Shown in pieces: positions 43,471 to 53,163 of a stretch of 64,000 nt of DNA (positions are counted from its first letter, which is position 1; every line of letters starts with the position of its first letter). Made by a program: the position numbers and the translations under genes. The notes below the pieces were generated by a model. The model did no database searches. It worked only from the letters and a program-made list of their open reading frames with translations, and was not told the origin of the DNA. Source of the DNA: an uncultured Acidimicrobiales bacterium (GTDB lineage Bacteria > Actinomycetota > Acidimicrobiia > Acidimicrobiales > SZUA-35); the NCBI GenBank assembly GCA_963803845.1, contig CAWDNZ010000004.1, positions 962,572-1,026,571 of the forward strand, in the 5' to 3' direction.

Positions 43471-43881
43471 CTAGCGGGAGCGCAGCTCTTTACGCCACAC
43501 CACGCGCAACCCAGACCACGTGGCGTCGATGGCACAGACCTTGTTGTCCACCAGACCCATTGGCAGTGCGATCTCCCGCACGGTGTCTTCGGTGATGTTG
43601 GTAGGAACCTTCGATGCCTTCTTCGGCCAGGCCGCCCAGAGCGATCCGTCGGGAAAGATCGACTGCGAGGATTTGATGATCATCTCCTCCAAGCGCTGGC
43701 GCTCGGTTGCGAATGCGATCACAACGTCGGGGTGCTTCGGCAGGCGAGTGGAGAACGAAACGCCCGGTGGGAGGTCAAGCAGTAGAGAGCGGAAGTCTTC
43801 GGGTTCGCTGAGAAGACAGACGCGGTTGCCGTCCTTGATACCGAGCTTCTTGCCTAGTGGGGTTCCCGAGTAGCCAGCCAC
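43471..43881 (-). CDS. DUF3052-like protein
   Basis: N-terminus MAGYSGTPLGKKLGIKDGNRV matches my recollection of this family. Confidence 0.55.
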   Translation of the reverse strand: MAGYSGTPLGKKLGIKDGNRVCLLSEPEDFRSLLLDLPPGVSFSTRLPKHPDVVIAFATERQRLEEMIIKSSQSIFPDGSLWAAWPKKASKVPTNITEDTVREIALPMGLVDNKVCAIDATWSGLRVVWRKELRSR

Positions 43882-44018
43882 ATTCTGACGCTAGTCGCAC
43901 GAGATGGTCGCGAGGGCTTCGATTGAGCAACCGACGTCTGCTAGGTCTATCCGTCGCGATCGATGTGTTGGCAGGTTGTCGCTTGGCGGCCCCCACCTCC
44001 CGATCTAGGGTCTGATCC

Positions 44019-44744
44019 ATGAGCATGATCGAACGGTTCCGAGAACTTCACACCACTGGCTGCTTCGTGATGCCCAATCCTTGGGATCGAGGGTCGGCCC
44101 GGATCATGGAGCGGCTCGGCTTCCCGGCGTTGGCCACCAGTAGCAGCGCCTACGCACGGTCGCGTGGCAAGAACGATCAGGAGCTCACGCGGGACGAGTT
44201 GGTGGCCCATGTGGACGATCTCGCCGCATTCATCGGCGTGCCGTTGAATGTGGATAGTGAACGCCTGTATCCCCATGACCCCGGCGGGATCGAGCGAACG
44301 GTGGAGCTGCTGGCCAGTGCCGGTGCCGCCGGTTGTTCCATCGAGGATTTTGACCCCGCCACCGATGCGATCGATGACATCGATCGGGCCACCGAGGCGG
44401 TTGCTGCTGCGGTGGCGGCTTGCTCGGCTCACGGCCTGGTGCTCACCGGCCGCGCCGAAGGTCATCTGTATGGTCGAAATGATCTGGACGATACGATCCG
44501 TCGCCTGCAGAGCTATCAAGCAGCTGGAGCCGACGTGGTGTATGCACCGGGGATTTTCGTTCCGTCCGATATCTCCCGCATCGTCGCCGAGGTTGATGCG
44601 CCGGTCAATTTTCTCGACTGGCCGGATGGTCCCGGCGTGCCGGAACTCGGCGAATTGGGGGTGCGGCGAATCTCGACCGGGGGAGCACCGCAGAACAATG
44701 CGTATCGGTTCATGCAGGCGGAATTGAAAGAACTGCTGCCCTAG
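44019..44744 (+). CDS. Isocitrate lyase / PEP mutase family protein
   Basis: FRELHTTGCFVMPNPWDRGSARIMERLGFPALATSS. Confidence 0.75.
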   Translation: MSMIERFRELHTTGCFVMPNPWDRGSARIMERLGFPALATSSSAYARSRGKNDQELTRDELVAHVDDLAAFIGVPLNVDSERLYPHDPGGIERTVELLASAGAAGCSIEDFDPATDAIDDIDRATEAVAAAVAACSAHGLVLTGRAEGHLYGRNDLDDTIRRLQSYQAAGADVVYAPGIFVPSDISRIVAEVDAPVNFLDWPDGPGVPELGELGVRRISTGGAPQNNAYRFMQAELKELLP

Positions 44745-44836
44745 ATACTGCACGGCTGGTCCACCCAGGGCGTGCCCTTTCGCTTGGGCCCTTTGCTTTG
44801 TAGGCTGGGGACAGCACCGCAGAGGAGCGAAATCGA

Positions 44837-45817
44837 GTGGTAGCCACCGATCACAACCGGGTTTCCCTGGCGCCGACGGCCTCCCTGCTGCCCGATGTGT
44901 TGCCAACGGACCGGTTATTCGCCTCCGGTAAGGCCAAGCCCGGCACCAATCCCGGGTTGCGTACCATCAACAATCGTCGCAACGGGCTGGCCATCGCCTC
45001 GGTGTATGCGCAGATCTTCGGCTCTTGGGCACTGGTGGCGTGGCTAGACCACCCGCTGGCCTGGCTGGCGTTGCTGATCTGGAGCGCCCGCTGCATCTCC
45101 TTGCTCAATCTCCTCAATCACGAAGGCGTTCACGCATTGCTGTTCTCGGACCGGCGTCTGAATGACAACGTGGCCCGGTTTCTGCTGGCCCCAGTGGCGA
45201 TCACCGACTTCGATGCATACCGTCGGGCTCACCTGGCTCACCACAAGGACGAGCTCGGTCCCGAAGAACCCGATGTGTCGATGTACGCCCCCTATCCCAG
45301 TGGTGGCTGGCGCTTACTCCGGCGCCTAGCCCGGGACTTGGTTGGTATCTCCGGGGCCAAACTGCTGTTGCTTCTCGGCGGAGCCTCGTGGACGATTCGG
45401 CGCCGCCTCGTAGGTGCTCAACTGGTGATGTTCGCTCTCGCGTTCGCCATCACCGGAAAATGGTGGGCGTGGGTGGTCGTGTGGTTCCTTCCATGGCTCA
45501 CCACATGGCAGGTCACCAACCGCCTTCGGGCCATTGCTGAACACGGCGGTATGGAGCGGGGATCGGATCGGCGGGTTACTACCCATGTGGTAAAAACCGG
45601 GCCGGTCTCGTCGTTCATGCTGGCGCCTTACCAGGCCGGTTTCCATCTGGCCCACCATGTTGACACCAGCGTTCCCTGGAATCAATTGAAGGCGCTCCAT
45701 GCTGAGCTAGAGCGGGCCGGGTGGATCACACCGCAACTCACCCACGCCAACTATCGGGCGCTGTGGCGGTATCTGGCCAGCGGTGAACGAGTGCTGGGCC
45801 CAGTCCCGGTTGGGTAG
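44837..45817 (+). CDS. Membrane fatty acid desaturase family protein
   Basis: Three His boxes: HEGVH, HLAHHKD, HLAHHV. GTG start with an upstream GAGGAG. Confidence 0.8.
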   Translation: MVATDHNRVSLAPTASLLPDVLPTDRLFASGKAKPGTNPGLRTINNRRNGLAIASVYAQIFGSWALVAWLDHPLAWLALLIWSARCISLLNLLNHEGVHALLFSDRRLNDNVARFLLAPVAITDFDAYRRAHLAHHKDELGPEEPDVSMYAPYPSGGWRLLRRLARDLVGISGAKLLLLLGGASWTIRRRLVGAQLVMFALAFAITGKWWAWVVVWFLPWLTTWQVTNRLRAIAEHGGMERGSDRRVTTHVVKTGPVSSFMLAPYQAGFHLAHHVDTSVPWNQLKALHAELERAGWITPQLTHANYRALWRYLASGERVLGPVPVG

Positions 45818-45862
45818 ATCTGCGTATCGAGAACCCATCCCTAACCAGCCGAAGTACTGAGG

Positions 45863-46084
45863 GTGACCCTGGATTCCCCCTCTGCTCGACCGCAGCCTTC
45901 TCGAATCAGATCATTCACGATCTTCACCATTCTCGTGACGGCCTCGATTTCAGGGGCTGCGGTCGCGCAGCTGACAGCTGACCCGGTGCCGACGAGTATC
46001 GGTCAACCGGACACTGCGATTGCTACAGAAGCGCCCGCCACCGATGCGGCCCTCACGCCAACTCCGCTGGCCTTCGGCGACTAG
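45863..46084 (+). CDS. Small hypothetical protein with one hydrophobic segment
   Basis: ORF only. FTIFTILVTASISGAAVA segment. No homology recognised. Confidence 0.25.
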   Translation: MTLDSPSARPQPSRIRSFTIFTILVTASISGAAVAQLTADPVPTSIGQPDTAIATEAPATDAALTPTPLAFGD

Positions 46085-46135
46085 CTGCCAGCCGGACATT
46101 CAGCGGGACCATTGGGCGGCGACTATCTTCGGTCC

Positions 46136-46984
46136 ATGGAAATTGGCCTACTGATCTTCCCTACCGACACCACGATGGACCCCGTAACGCTGGGCAAAGA
46201 AGTGGAGGCGAGAGGGTTTGAGTCGCTCTGGTTTCCTGAGCACTCCCACATCCCGGTGAGTCGGCAGACACCGTGGGGTGGTCGGGAAGGGGCTCCGCCG
46301 TTGCCCGAGGAATACTGGCGGACCCACGAACAGTTCACCGCTCTCGCAGCCATCAGTTCGGTAACCACAACGCTGAAGTTGGGAACCGGCATCACTTTGC
46401 TCGGCCAGCGCGATCCCATCTGGACGGCCAAGCAGGCCGCCACGGTCGACTACCTCAGCAACGGCCGATTGCTGTTCGGGGTGGGGTATGGCTGGAACAA
46501 AGAAGAGCTGGCGAGCCACGGCGTGAAATACACCGACCGCCGAGCCCGGATGCGGGAATGCGCTCTCACGGTCAAGGCACTTTGGACCCAGGACGAGGCG
46601 TCGTTCAGTGGGGAATTCATCAACCTCGAACCCAGTTGGGCGTGGCCCAAGCCAAAATCCAAGCCGCACCCCCCGATCATCATGGGTGGAACGGCGGGAC
46701 CGAAAACCGCCGCGGCGATCGCCGAGTACTGCGACGGCTGGATGCCGATCGGGGCCAGGACGCTAGACAAGGGGTGGGAAGAGATCCAAAAGGCGTGCGC
46801 GCTAATCGATCGCGACCCCGCCACCATTCAGCTGGGGATTTTTGGCGCCAAGCCCATTCCGGAGGAATTAGATGATCTGGAGCGCCGAGGCATGGCTCGT
46901 GCGCTGATCGCACTACCGCAAGGTTCAGCCAGCGAGGTCATGACCGCTCTCGACCAATACACGCCTCTGCTGGAGCGCTCATGA
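46136..46984 (+). CDS. LLM-class F420-dependent oxidoreductase (TIGR03619-like)
   Basis: MEIGLLIFPTD...GFESLWFPEHSHIP...GRLLFGVGYGWNKEE. Confidence 0.75.
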   Translation: MEIGLLIFPTDTTMDPVTLGKEVEARGFESLWFPEHSHIPVSRQTPWGGREGAPPLPEEYWRTHEQFTALAAISSVTTTLKLGTGITLLGQRDPIWTAKQAATVDYLSNGRLLFGVGYGWNKEELASHGVKYTDRRARMRECALTVKALWTQDEASFSGEFINLEPSWAWPKPKSKPHPPIIMGGTAGPKTAAAIAEYCDGWMPIGARTLDKGWEEIQKACALIDRDPATIQLGIFGAKPIPEELDDLERRGMARALIALPQGSASEVMTALDQYTPLLERS

Positions 46985-47523
46985 TGAACCGCGTCTTCAT
47001 CGCCACAAGTCTGGATGGGTTCATCGCTACGCCCGAGCACGGCCTGGACTGGCTCGACCAGCTTCCCAACCCCGACGATGACGACTACGGGTTCAACGCT
47101 TTCATGGAAGCCACCGATGCTCTGCTGATGGGTCGGCGTACCTTCGAGGTGATCAGAGGGTTTCGACCTTGGCCCTATGAGCGGCCGGTTTTCGTTGCCA
47201 GCGCAACGCTGACCTTGGCTGATGTGCCTGATGATCTCGCCGGCTCGGTCTATGTGGTCGCGGGCTCGCCGGCGCAGATGGTGACGGAGCTGCACCGAAT
47301 GGGCCACCAGACCCTCTACGTCGATGGCGGTTCCCTCATAACGTCGTTTCTGGCTGACGGATTGATCGATGAGATGACGATCTCCCGCCTGCCGGTGCTG
47401 CTGGGCGGCGGGATTCCGCTCTTCGGCGCGGTCCCGGCCACCACCTGGTGGGATCACGTCGAGACCACGGCGTTCGCTAATGGGATCGTTGAATCCACCT
47501 ATCGACGACAGCTGCCCAGTTAG
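46981..47523 (+). CDS. Dihydrofolate reductase family protein (RibD C-terminal domain)
   Basis: VFIATSLDGFIATPEHGLDWL...LYVDGGSLITSFL. Confidence 0.75.
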   Translation: MMNRVFIATSLDGFIATPEHGLDWLDQLPNPDDDDYGFNAFMEATDALLMGRRTFEVIRGFRPWPYERPVFVASATLTLADVPDDLAGSVYVVAGSPAQMVTELHRMGHQTLYVDGGSLITSFLADGLIDEMTISRLPVLLGGGIPLFGAVPATTWWDHVETTAFANGIVESTYRRQLPS

Positions 47524-48851
47524 CTGTTGGGCAGGAGTTTCTTCACCATCTCCGAAATCGGCCGTTCACCTCTGGCGGCGTAGTTGTCGTGCCGGTCACC
47601 GATGAACGCCGGTTCGTATCGGTAGTTCACCATGATCCCCATGCTGCGTTCCCAACCGGTTTCGGTGGGATTGGCCCACCAGTTGAGCCGGTAGATCTCC
47701 GCACCGTTGGAGAGATGGAAATGCGCAACCGGGTCGAGAGCTCGAGTGGATGAACCGTTGTCGTCTGAATCTGAGGTGGACTCGCGGGCGAGGTAACGGG
47801 CGGCGAGCTGCTCCAATTTGGGTTTCAGATCGGCAAGCTCACCGGGGCCAGACGGGAGCCCCGAAGGAATCAGCGAGCGGATCTCGGTGGCATTGTCGTG
47901 CACCCACTTGCTCAACCCGGGGATGGGGCTGAGCGTTACGAAGTTTCGGAGATTGGGGAGGTCTCGGGCCAGTTCTTCCACCACACTCTTTATCAGCAGC
48001 TCGCCCAGTGACACCCCTGTCAGGCCGTCGTGGCAGTTGGAGATTGAATAGAAGGTTGCCGAATCTGCTTTGGTGGGATCGCTCTTGTCGATCGAGTGGT
48101 CGAGCAACGGCTCGAGAGCATTGGGGACGCCGGTGGTGAATGCAACCTCCACGAAGATGAGCGGATCGTTTGCCATGGCGGGGTGGAAGAAGGCATAACA
48201 CCGGCGGCCGCGGTCGAGGCGACCGCGAAGGTCCGCCCAACCCTTGATCTCGTGGACCGCTTCGTATTCGATCAGCTTTTCCAAAACGACGGCCGGTGAG
48301 TCCCACGTGAGCCGCTCCAAGCGAAGCAGGCCCACATCGAAGAAGCGGGCCAACGTGACGCGCAGGTCATGATCGAGCGACACCAATGCGGGGGACTCCC
48401 TCCGGATCAGTAACAACTCTTCGCGTAGATCGACCAGGAAGGACAGACCTCCTTGAAGGCCAACAAAGCGCCGAAACAGCCGTTCGCGTTTGGGGCGAAG
48501 AACGTTGCGGAGATTGGCTTCCGCTTCTGCCCGGTGGCCAGCCGGTGCCGCTTGCACCTCAGCCATCGCAGCGTCGACGGACTCGTCGTCGTGGGCGTAT
48601 TCCTCCGCCAGAAGCTCAAAGAATCGCCGCCGTCCTTCGCTGTTCAACTCCAAGAAGCAGGCTCCTACTTCACTGGCCCGCTTGCGAGCCGCCAGCTCCC
48701 CTCCCCGGCCTTCTATGGCATCATCCAGGAGCTTTCGCAGCTTGGCCACGTCGCTCTTGCCGAGATTTGGATGCAGGCGAAGCGTGGTGATCGTCTCGTC
48801 TGCGCGCCATGAACGGATCTGGCCCCACATACGTTCCAGCCGCGTCTGCAT
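47520..48851 (-). CDS. Malonyl-CoA decarboxylase family protein
   Basis: FYSISNCHDGLTGVSLGELLIKSVVEEL...FVTLSPIPG block. Confidence 0.75.
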   Translation of the reverse strand: MQTRLERMWGQIRSWRADETITTLRLHPNLGKSDVAKLRKLLDDAIEGRGGELAARKRASEVGACFLELNSEGRRRFFELLAEEYAHDDESVDAAMAEVQAAPAGHRAEAEANLRNVLRPKRERLFRRFVGLQGGLSFLVDLREELLLIRRESPALVSLDHDLRVTLARFFDVGLLRLERLTWDSPAVVLEKLIEYEAVHEIKGWADLRGRLDRGRRCYAFFHPAMANDPLIFVEVAFTTGVPNALEPLLDHSIDKSDPTKADSATFYSISNCHDGLTGVSLGELLIKSVVEELARDLPNLRNFVTLSPIPGLSKWVHDNATEIRSLIPSGLPSGPGELADLKPKLEQLAARYLARESTSDSDDNGSSTRALDPVAHFHLSNGAEIYRLNWWANPTETGWERSMGIMVNYRYEPAFIGDRHDNYAARGERPISEMVKKLLPNS

Positions 48852-48967
48852 GACTTCGAGAGTATGCGGTGCGTGGCCATTTCAAGAAGTCTTCGCTCGG
48901 GGATTCTCGGCCGCTCCGTTTCGCTCCCGACGATCGAGGCCATTCATCAGCCGGCAGCAGGCCTCGG

Positions 48968-49642
48968 TCAGGCGAGATCCGCCAGTTGGGTGGCCAGGTC
49001 TGCAAAGTCGGTTGCTGTCACATCGGCAGGAGGGAATACATCCAGGAAGCGGGCGCCAGGCCGGCTGACGAAAGCGGTCTTCATGCCAACAGCTTTGGCC
49101 CCGGCGAGGTCCCAGTCATGGGCCGCCACCATCCACATGTCGGACGGCTCGACGTCGGCAACGTCGGCGATGTGATGGTATGGCGCGGGAGACGGCTTGA
49201 ACGTTTGGACCGCCTCCACCGAGACGATGGCTTCGAACCGATCCGTGATCCCGCCGCTCGTCAGCTGCGCCTCCACGGCGGCCTGAGTGCTGTTGGTGAG
49301 GGCAAACAGCCGCCAGCCGTCAGCGATCAACCGGTCCAGCCCATCGGCCACGTCCGGGTGGGGTGGAAGAGTGAGGATGGCATCCACCACCAGCTGCCAG
49401 TCCTCGTCGCTGATCGAATCGAAGCCTGCCACCGAGTCAGCTACGGATCCCATTGCAGCTCGGGCCAACTGGGTGAACGACTTGTAGTGACCGGTTGCGG
49501 TGATCGCCATGGAGAGTCCGAGAAGGCGGGCGAACCACATGCCGGCCGCCCCCGAATGGCCCAATTGGCGATTGATCTCGCTCCGCACCGGAGCCAGGTC
49601 CAGCGTGGTTTCGTTCATGTCAAAGACCGCGAGTCGTGCCAT
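48968..49642 (-). CDS. HAD-superfamily hydrolase (haloacid dehalogenase type II-like)
   Basis: VFDMNETTLDL motif I, LTNS motif II, C-terminal Asp region. Confidence 0.7.
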   Translation of the reverse strand: MARLAVFDMNETTLDLAPVRSEINRQLGHSGAAGMWFARLLGLSMAITATGHYKSFTQLARAAMGSVADSVAGFDSISDEDWQLVVDAILTLPPHPDVADGLDRLIADGWRLFALTNSTQAAVEAQLTSGGITDRFEAIVSVEAVQTFKPSPAPYHHIADVADVEPSDMWMVAAHDWDLAGAKAVGMKTAFVSRPGARFLDVFPPADVTATDFADLATQLADLA

Positions 49643-49718
49643 TGATCGAGGCTAGATCAACCGTCTCCGCCACGCCCATTTTGTGCAAAGGCGGTGGGGG
49701 TCGGCCAAGCTGGCTCGG

Positions 49719-50612
49719 ATGAGTCAGCGCCTCACCCTCGCCACGGTTTTCTTGGTGGCAGCGTTGATCGGTCTCAACTTCAGCATTCTCAAGTACGCCA
49801 TCGATGAGAGCAGCCCGTTCATGGTGGCGGCGATGCGAACAGTGCTCGCCAGTTCCACGCTGATGGCGTTTGCTTTCTGGAGGGGGGAGCGAATCCCTCG
49901 CAACCGTGAGGATCTGTTCAACATCTTCATCGTGGGGCTGAGCATCACAACGTGCTCCAGCGCCCTCCTCGTCTTCGGGATCAGCAAGGTCTCCGCTGGT
50001 CTGGGCTCGCTGATGTCCAGCACCATGCCGCTGTTCACGGCCGCCCTGTCGCTGGTCTTGTTGAAGGTTCGGCTTCCCCGAGCAGCGCTGCTCGGCGTTG
50101 GCGTCGGATTTGGTGGGACGGTGGTATTGGCAATCCCCAGCCTTTCCGGGTCCAGCCAGTTTGTCGGGCTCGTGTCGCTGGGGGTGTCTGCGCTGTGTTG
50201 GGCCTTCGGCAATGTGTACATGAAATGGCGTGACTTCAGCCGTGTCAGCCCGGTGATGCTGGTAGCGGTCCAGCTCGTTTTCTCGGCCATGATTCTGGTG
50301 CCGTTCGGGCTACTGGTGGAAGGACTGGGCCAGACGAACTGGGGTTGGAGACTCTTCCTTCCGCTCTTCTATGCGTCGGTGCCGGCCAACGCCGTCACCT
50401 TCGCCCTTCTCGCCACCGTGGTGCGAAGAGCAACCCCTACCGTTGCAGCCGCCACCGCCTACCTCATCCCGCTTTTTGGTGTGCTCTTCGGTTTTGCGAT
50501 CCGTGGCGAAACCCTCGGGCCGATTGAGGCACTTGGGGGAGTGCTGGTGGTTCTCGGAGTGTTCGTTGTGGTCAGATCCACCACTCGACCAACGCCCGCT
50601 CGGGCGGGATGA
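49719..50612 (+). CDS. DMT (EamA) family transporter
   Basis: Ten hydrophobic segments with two EamA-like halves. ATG at 49719. Confidence 0.75.
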   Translation: MSQRLTLATVFLVAALIGLNFSILKYAIDESSPFMVAAMRTVLASSTLMAFAFWRGERIPRNREDLFNIFIVGLSITTCSSALLVFGISKVSAGLGSLMSSTMPLFTAALSLVLLKVRLPRAALLGVGVGFGGTVVLAIPSLSGSSQFVGLVSLGVSALCWAFGNVYMKWRDFSRVSPVMLVAVQLVFSAMILVPFGLLVEGLGQTNWGWRLFLPLFYASVPANAVTFALLATVVRRATPTVAAATAYLIPLFGVLFGFAIRGETLGPIEALGGVLVVLGVFVVVRSTTRPTPARAG

Positions 50613-50647
50613 GAAAGCCAATCTGCGGCTAAGGGCCAGACCCGGGG

Positions 50648-52051
50648 TCAAGATGGCGTGGATGGGAAACCCTTTCGGACCTGCTGACCCCACTCGGTCC
50701 GACCTTGCAGGAAGAGTCGTACCCCCCACAATCGCCAGTAGATGGTGAGGGGCCGGTAGACGAACTGCTCGGCGATTCCGTAGAACGCAAGTTTCAGTCG
50801 CGATCTGAACGCTGGATAGGCATGGTTCACCCGGTCGTCAAACCAAAGCGTCACGATGGTGAGTGCCGCCCCAAACCCGTAGGCCGCAACGATCAGCCAG
50901 ATGGCGCTCAGCTCGATGAGGCCGAAGGCCAGACCGGCGATAGTGGCCAAGATTCCTATCGCCTCCACCATCGGTGAAAGGAATTCGACCACGAAGTAGT
51001 ACGGCATGGACAACATCCCCGCAGCGCCGTATTTGGGGTTGAACATCATCTTCTTGTGGCGCTGCAGCACATCCATAAGGCCCCGCTGCCAACGGTTTCG
51101 CTGGCGACCCAGCACTTTCATGGACTCCGGTGCTTCAGTCCACGCCACCGGCTTGGCCAGGAACTCCACCCAGGCCTTCTCCCCATTTTCATAGCCCGTT
51201 CGGCGAAGCCGAACGATGAGTTCCATGTCCTCACCGATCGAGCTGGTCTCGTATCCGCCGGCGGCCAGAACGGCGTCACGTTTGAAGAGACCGAATGCGC
51301 CCGAGATGATTAGGTTGCCGCCCAGCGGATTCCAGCCAAGTCGTCCAACGATGAATGCCCGCACGTACTCAACCACCTGAAATGCGGGCACGGGTGACCT
51401 AGGCACAACAAGTCGGGGAACTGCGGAGGCCGTCACTACCGAGTCGTTGGTGAGGCGCACGGTACCGCCAACAGCCACGGTGTCAGTCCGATTCAAGAAC
51501 GGAGCCACGAGCTCGTGAAGCGCATCAGGTCCCACCAATGTGTCAGCATCGATTGCGCACACCAGTTCTCCAGATGCGATGTTGAGCCCGGTGTTCAGCG
51601 AGTCAGCTTTGCCACCGTTGAGCTTGTCCACCAAGACCAGGCTGCGTTCGGTGTGCGAGCGGTAAATGCTCCGCACCTCGGCGGTCTGGATAACCCGTTG
51701 AAAGACTGGATGGATAGGGCGGAGATCGAAAGCATCGATGAGGACCCCTACTGTGCGGTCCGCCGAGCCATCGTTGATCACCACCACCTCGAGGTTCTGG
51801 TACGACAGGGCGAGAAGTGATCGCACCGTCTCGATGACCGTCACTTCTTCGTTGTAGGCCGGAACGAGAATGGTGACCTTGGGAGCGAGCTGGGAGGCCA
51901 GAACTCGTCGCCAGAGTTGGTATTCGTCGCGCTGGGAGATCCGCCACTGTTCATACATTGCACTAAACAGAATCGACAGCTGCGCGAGAGTGATTCCGGC
52001 GACCCACCCTGCTGTTATCCACGGCACAGCTCGAAACACGCTCTGGATCAT
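50648..52051 (-). CDS. Processive family 2 glycosyltransferase (PgaC/IcaA/BcsA-like polysaccharide synthase)
   Basis: ILVPAYNEE, INDGSADRT, AIDADT, GEDMEL, QRNRWQRG (QxxRW), with flanking TM helices. Confidence 0.85.
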   Translation of the reverse strand: MIQSVFRAVPWITAGWVAGITLAQLSILFSAMYEQWRISQRDEYQLWRRVLASQLAPKVTILVPAYNEEVTVIETVRSLLALSYQNLEVVVINDGSADRTVGVLIDAFDLRPIHPVFQRVIQTAEVRSIYRSHTERSLVLVDKLNGGKADSLNTGLNIASGELVCAIDADTLVGPDALHELVAPFLNRTDTVAVGGTVRLTNDSVVTASAVPRLVVPRSPVPAFQVVEYVRAFIVGRLGWNPLGGNLIISGAFGLFKRDAVLAAGGYETSSIGEDMELIVRLRRTGYENGEKAWVEFLAKPVAWTEAPESMKVLGRQRNRWQRGLMDVLQRHKKMMFNPKYGAAGMLSMPYYFVVEFLSPMVEAIGILATIAGLAFGLIELSAIWLIVAAYGFGAALTIVTLWFDDRVNHAYPAFRSRLKLAFYGIAEQFVYRPLTIYWRLWGVRLFLQGRTEWGQQVRKGFPSTPS

Positions 52052-53163
52052 GCGATCACCCTCGCTTTGACCTTGAATCGGTTATCCCGATGTTCGTTGC
52101 CGGCATTGCGGAGGCCCGGGGCAACCAACCCGGCACTTGGGGAGAGTGACCCATCCAGCACTTGGCGCGCCATGTCTCGGGCAAACGGATCGGAGGATTG
52201 GAGCATTTGGCGAAGCACGAGTTGGCCTGGTGCGCCCAACTCATCCAAGGTGTTGCCAGCTTCTCGACGAACCCGAAATGCCGGATCGCTCATCGCCCGT
52301 CCAATCGCCACCGCCGACTCCAACGATTCGAGACGTCGAAGGGCGGTGATAGCGCTCACCCGCACGTCCGCATCATCGTCGGTGAGGAGACCGCTCAGAA
52401 TAGCAACGGCGCCAACGCCGGTTCCGCTGCCGAGCGCCTTGGCCGCCATCTCGCGGTGCTTGGATAGATCCGAGGCCGCGTAGTTGGCCAGCGCCTTGAT
52501 GAGGCGGGCGTCCGGCAGATCCGAAGCAACGTCCATTGCTTCGCCAACGTGATCGCCGCCGGCATCCAAAAGCCGGAGCAGCGGTTCGATGGCCGCCGCC
52601 CCGGATCGAAGCAGCGCATTCTTGGAAGACAGGCGCACGCTGAGCGAGTCATCGCTAATCATCTCTGCGAGAAGCTCAACGTTCACCACCGCCTGCTCGG
52701 CGGTGGTGGTTTCAATGGCTCGAGCTCGCACTAGCGAGTGGCGGTCATTCAACAGCCGGGATCGGTTGAAATCCGGATGAGTGACGAGATAGTGCAACTG
52801 GGCCGCCTGCACTCGGCGCCGCCAACGCCTCGATCGGGCCCGGCGACGAATCAGACGCTCCAACCCGCAGGTGCGCACGAGTTGCTGAAGCCGCTCCTGG
52901 GCTTGGCCGGTGACGTCCAAAGCCAGTCTCTGGATGACATCGAGGAGCACAGTCTTTTTCGTTGAAGCCAGGCGTGGATGGACCGATGCGGCATCCTCGT
53001 TCGAGTCGAACAAGAGCACGCTCAGGTCACCCAGGACCTTGCGACGGCGGTGGGTGTGGAGTCGTTCGGACACATCGAGGTATACGCCGGTGGCGAGGTA
53101 GAGCACCAAGGTGGCGGCGACCAGAACACAGGCGCTGACGAACAGAGCGACTTCGGTACCCAT
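52048..53163 (-). CDS. Membrane-anchored HEAT-repeat protein
   Basis: N-terminal TM (VALFVSACVLVAATLVLYLATGV), then repeated D..VR..A...L HEAT/PBS-lyase-like units. ATGA overlap with the GT2 gene. Confidence 0.7.
   Translation of the reverse strand: MGTEVALFVSACVLVAATLVLYLATGVYLDVSERLHTHRRRKVLGDLSVLLFDSNEDAASVHPRLASTKKTVLLDVIQRLALDVTGQAQERLQQLVRTCGLERLIRRRARSRRWRRRVQAAQLHYLVTHPDFNRSRLLNDRHSLVRARAIETTTAEQAVVNVELLAEMISDDSLSVRLSSKNALLRSGAAAIEPLLRLLDAGGDHVGEAMDVASDLPDARLIKALANYAASDLSKHREMAAKALGSGTGVGAVAILSGLLTDDDADVRVSAITALRRLESLESAVAIGRAMSDPAFRVRREAGNTLDELGAPGQLVLRQMLQSSDPFARDMARQVLDGSLSPSAGLVAPGLRNAGNEHRDNRFKVKARVIA

Noticed and set aside
43947-44906. 319-aa minus-strand ORF spanning the PEP mutase-family gene
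   Set aside because: The plus strand encodes a recognisable ICL/PEP-mutase family protein, and the minus-strand product has no features and would bridge two promoter regions.
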